From: a virus
Length of the DNA stretch: 6,445 nucleotides
Virus record (IMG/VR): IMGVR_UViG_3300027276_000037
Location: 1 to 6,445 of that record
Reading direction: 5' to 3' (one strand)
Shown: positions 4,058-6,445 of the stretch, piece by piece
Numbering within the stretch: the first letter of the stretch is position 1
How the letters are laid out: the number at the start of each line of letters is the position of its first letter
Translations under genes and position numbers: made by a program
Notes under the pieces: generated by a model
Databases searched by the model: none
Told to the model about the DNA's origin: nothing
What the model saw: the letters and a program-made list of their open reading frames with translations, nothing else

Positions 4058-4192
4058 ATGCAATATATTTTAAGGGATGAAGATGAAATATTTTTATATA
4101 CTTCGGATGAATCTTTAGCGTGTGCGTATTTTGAGTTATATATGGCTTTGGATTGTAGTGTTGAATTGTTTGTTATCTCTGATGAAGATTAA
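4058..4192 (+). CDS. Small, highly acidic protein, 44 aa (MQYILRDEDEIFLYTSDESLACAYFELYMALDCSVELFVISDED)
   Basis: ATG at 4058 lies 8 nt after GAGGAG (4044..4049) and 2 nt after the rep stop. TAA lies at 4190..4192. It has 12 Asp/Glu against 1 Arg. It falls below the ORF-track cut-off. Confidence 0.5.
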   Translation: MQYILRDEDEIFLYTSDESLACAYFELYMALDCSVELFVISDED

Positions 4193-4217
4193 AGGATAGG
4201 GTAGGGGAGTGGTTGCT

Positions 4218-5621
4218 GTGAAAAAGTATATTATATGTGTTTTTATTTTTATTAGTCTTTTCACTGTGTCCGCTTCTGCTGCCGTTGTATATTCTGGCGT
4301 TGGTCAAGACTATTTTTCTGGTTTAGATATTGGTCAATTTAATGGAAAAGTAATTGTTTGGGGAAGAACTACTTCTAGTGGTACATTATCTGGTTCTTCT
4401 AATTCTTTTTCTTTAGATAGTGGTAACGGTGATATTTTATTTAGTGTTTCAGGTAAACCATATGTTGACTATGTAGATATGTCTTTTGTAAATTCAAATT
4501 ACTTTTTTGAATCTGGTCGTACTTATGTATTGTACTTTGAAATTCCTATAGATTCTGGCCAAACAAATAGAATTTTTCCTGCTTTGTTTAACCGTTCGAC
4601 GAATCGATCATTATCGTTAAAGGGTTATGATTTATTAGATAAATTGATTACTATTCAGGATTACAGTAGTTCTGTTTCATCTGTTTATAATTACAGTAAT
4701 CGTACTATGCGATTTAATTTAAGTTTTACTCCAACTGTTGATATAGCTGGTGATATATTTTTAAGATTAAGCTTTTCTTCTCCTGTGGGATTAGATTCGT
4801 TAGGCTGGTCTTATGATTCGCATCAATATATTTTAAAAAATCCTGTTATTCGCCGTTCATCCGGGTCAAATTCAGTAGATGTATATATTAATCAGGCTGC
4901 GTCTGAGATTGTAAATGCAGTGAATGATTTAAATCTTAATTTTTCTGCAATGGGTAATGCTTTACAGGACATTCTTTCATATATGACTGGTGATCAAGAA
5001 GCTATTTTAAATTCCACATATGATGAGCTTTATGCAATTCATTATTTGCTTAGTAATAATATGATTCCGGCAATTGTAAATGGTTTTGCTTCTCTGGAAG
5101 GCGCTGTGAAGCTTGGTTTTGCTGATACGGCTCTTGAGATTCAGGCTCAGACTTCTCAGCTTATTTTAACCTTAACGAATTGTTTTGAATCGTTAGAAAT
5201 TAAAATAGGGCAAGAATCTGATGATATTCAGTCTGCTATTCAAGCGCAGACTAATGCTATTTTAGCCTATTTGGAAAATGCTTTTTCACAGTCTAATTCT
5301 GGTGCTATGTTGGATTCTATAGGTGATTTGGAAAATACATATGCTCCTGCTGGTGCGGTAGAAGATGAGGTAATGAGCAGCATTGATAATTATTTACCTG
5401 ATATTGGCTATGATACTTTTTCAGTACCTGTAGGCGTCTTATCTGCTATGACTTGGACAGTAGGTAAATTTAATGTCATATGGGATGAGCTAGGGGCAGA
5501 TCTACAGTTTTTAATAATGCTTCCTTTGATGATCGGTTTAGTTCTCTTGCTGATTGGCCGTGGTTCGATGTCCTATATTATGTCTGGTTTAATGCGTCAT
5601 CGGAGAAAAGGTGATTCATAG
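4218..5621 (+). CDS. Secreted, C-terminally membrane-anchored large virion protein (pIII-like adsorption or minor coat candidate), 467 aa
   Basis: GTG at 4218 lies 8 nt after GGGGAG (4204..4209), although the track uses GTG at 4209. The signal peptide is MKKYIICVFIFISLFTVSASA. The N-terminal part is rich in Ser/Asn/Tyr, the middle is helical, and the C-terminal TM LIMLPLMIGLVLLLIG is followed by the basic tail RHRRKG. Confidence 0.85.
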   Translation: MKKYIICVFIFISLFTVSASAAVVYSGVGQDYFSGLDIGQFNGKVIVWGRTTSSGTLSGSSNSFSLDSGNGDILFSVSGKPYVDYVDMSFVNSNYFFESGRTYVLYFEIPIDSGQTNRIFPALFNRSTNRSLSLKGYDLLDKLITIQDYSSSVSSVYNYSNRTMRFNLSFTPTVDIAGDIFLRLSFSSPVGLDSLGWSYDSHQYILKNPVIRRSSGSNSVDVYINQAASEIVNAVNDLNLNFSAMGNALQDILSYMTGDQEAILNSTYDELYAIHYLLSNNMIPAIVNGFASLEGAVKLGFADTALEIQAQTSQLILTLTNCFESLEIKIGQESDDIQSAIQAQTNAILAYLENAFSQSNSGAMLDSIGDLENTYAPAGAVEDEVMSSIDNYLPDIGYDTFSVPVGVLSAMTWTVGKFNVIWDELGADLQFLIMLPLMIGLVLLLIGRGSMSYIMSGLMRHRRKGDS

Positions 5622-5839
5622 TGTTAGCTTTTTTAGAAAACCTTGTTTCTTTTGTTGTTGGTTTAGTTGATTTTTTCATTAATATTATAAAGTCGTTAAT
5701 TTATGCAATTACTCTTGTTCCGATCGGAATGACTTTTTCATCTAGCTTGGTTTTAATGCTTCCGGCTGTTATACAAGCATGTGTTTTAGCTGGTATTGCT
5801 TTAACTGTCCTATTTTTGATTTTGGGGAGGCATAGTTGA
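5621..5839 (+). CDS. Polytopic small membrane protein, 72 aa (pVI-like candidate)
   Basis: This ORF is in the track. GTG at 5621 overlaps the upstream TAG by 1 nt (TAGTG), and AAAGGTGA lies 6 nt upstream. There are two or three hydrophobic segments. Confidence 0.75.
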   Translation: MLAFLENLVSFVVGLVDFFINIIKSLIYAITLVPIGMTFSSSLVLMLPAVIQACVLAGIALTVLFLILGRHS

Positions 5840-5997
5840 TGGAGCAGATGTTAGGTTTTTTCATTGGGAAAATAAGTGATTTTTTGGGTATGCTTGCAGG
5901 TTTTCAAATTGTCTCCGGCATATCGTTTTTAAGTTTGGTTTTAGCTTTCTTGGTTTTTAATCTGTTGATTGTCAATTTTGTTCTCCGGGCAAAGTAA
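5839..5997 (+). CDS. Small membrane protein, 52 aa (MEQMLGFFIGKISDFLGMLAGFQIVSGISFLSLVLAFLVFNLLIVNFVLRAK)
   Basis: ATG at 5839 overlaps the upstream TGA (TGATG). GGGGAGG (5824..5830) lies 8 nt upstream, and TAA lies at 5995..5997. Confidence 0.6.
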   Translation: MEQMLGFFIGKISDFLGMLAGFQIVSGISFLSLVLAFLVFNLLIVNFVLRAK

Positions 5998-6009
5998 GGA
6001 AGTGTTTTG

Positions 6010-6445
6010 ATGATGAAGAAGGTGATTTGTTTTGGTTTGGTTTTTGTCTGTCTGGCTACAGTGGGTTATGCTTATGGCAGCACACCCCCTTCTAATCCCC
6101 GTGTTTCTGGCGCTTGTTTTATCGATTGTCGTACTGTTGAGCTTGGCCGTGTTACGTTATATTTCCCCGTTACATACCAATACGACTGTTTAACCTATTC
6201 TTCTAGCGGTAATCTGTTCAACCTTACCAATTCTACTATCACAGGGTTCTATTATGATTCTTCTTCTGTGGGGGATAGCCAATTAGCCGTCCGGTTTACT
6301 TCTTTTAATGAGCCGGAATATAGGTATGCTTACGAAAATGGCAATTATATCTCTTATACCTATGATAACCTTACCATTACCGAGATTCTTAATACCAATA
6401 TAGATATTGTAGAATCTTACGATGATCTTACTATTGTTCCCCGTC
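6010..6445 (+). CDS. Secreted protein with an N-terminal signal peptide, 3' truncated at the window edge (second virion or adsorption-type protein candidate)
   Basis: ATGATG at 6010 follows AAGGAAG (5997..6003). I translated by hand to the window end and found no stop. The signal-like N-terminus is MMKKVICFGLVFVCLATVGYAYG, followed by a Tyr/Ser/Asn/Thr-rich sequence. Confidence 0.75.
   Translation, partial: MMKKVICFGLVFVCLATVGYAYGSTPPSNPRVSGACFIDCRTVELGRVTLYFPVTYQYDCLTYSSSGNLFNLTNSTITGFYYDSSSVGDSQLAVRFTSFNEPEYRYAYENGNYISYTYDNLTITEILNTNIDIVESYDDLTIVPR

Larger units (their letters stand above)
1..6445 (+). mobile_element. Inovirus-like (filamentous ssDNA phage) genome or episome/prophage, possibly complete and circularly permuted
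   Basis: The gene set is an HUH Rep, a Zot/pI-like ATPase, about 55-aa coat-like proteins, many ORFs of about 50 aa with one or two TM segments, signal-peptide proteins with C-terminal anchors, and an XRE switch. Genes are tightly packed or overlapping. The plus strand is T-rich. No host-type genes are present. Confidence 0.7.

Noticed and set aside
1-6445. Search for CRISPR arrays, tRNA/rRNA genes, IS elements or terminal inverted repeats, an integrase and a secretin
   Set aside because: I saw no spaced direct-repeat array, no cloverleaf-like or rRNA-like sequence, no transposase or integrase motifs and no secretin-sized ORF. The 7-nt ATGATCT shared by the two ends is too short to count as a terminal repeat.

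Overview
The whole window reads as one compact, tightly packed mobile genome with the layout of a filamentous ssDNA phage (inovirus-like) from a low-GC Gram-positive-type host. No host genes are visible. A long plus-strand operon starts at a consensus promoter (2766..2794) and encodes, in order: a 77-aa beta-rich protein (candidate ssDNA-binding protein), a rolling-circle HUH/two-tyrosine Rep, a 44-aa acidic protein, a 467-aa secreted and C-terminally anchored pIII-like protein, several tiny membrane proteins, a second secreted protein, two tandem paralogous Pf1-style major-coat-like genes followed by a GC-rich stem-loop, a Zot/pI-like P-loop morphogenesis ATPase and a Cys-rich protein. It ends at a bidirectional terminator (2045..2078). 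A short minus-strand module (2085..2701) carries an XRE-family repressor and a coiled-coil protein that has its own promoter. Between the XRE gene and the operon lie two copies of a 16-bp palindrome placed over overlapping divergent promoters, which looks like a genetic switch. Other points of interest are the coat-gene duplication, which differs only synonymously over its last 20 codons; a CTTGATA (phiX174/pC194-type) candidate nick site just upstream of rep; a persistent T over A skew on the plus strand; a GC-rich structured non-coding island; and an in-frame join of the 3' truncated ORF to the 5' end of the window, which suggests a complete circular genome. All functional calls come from motif reading and architecture, because no database search was possible.
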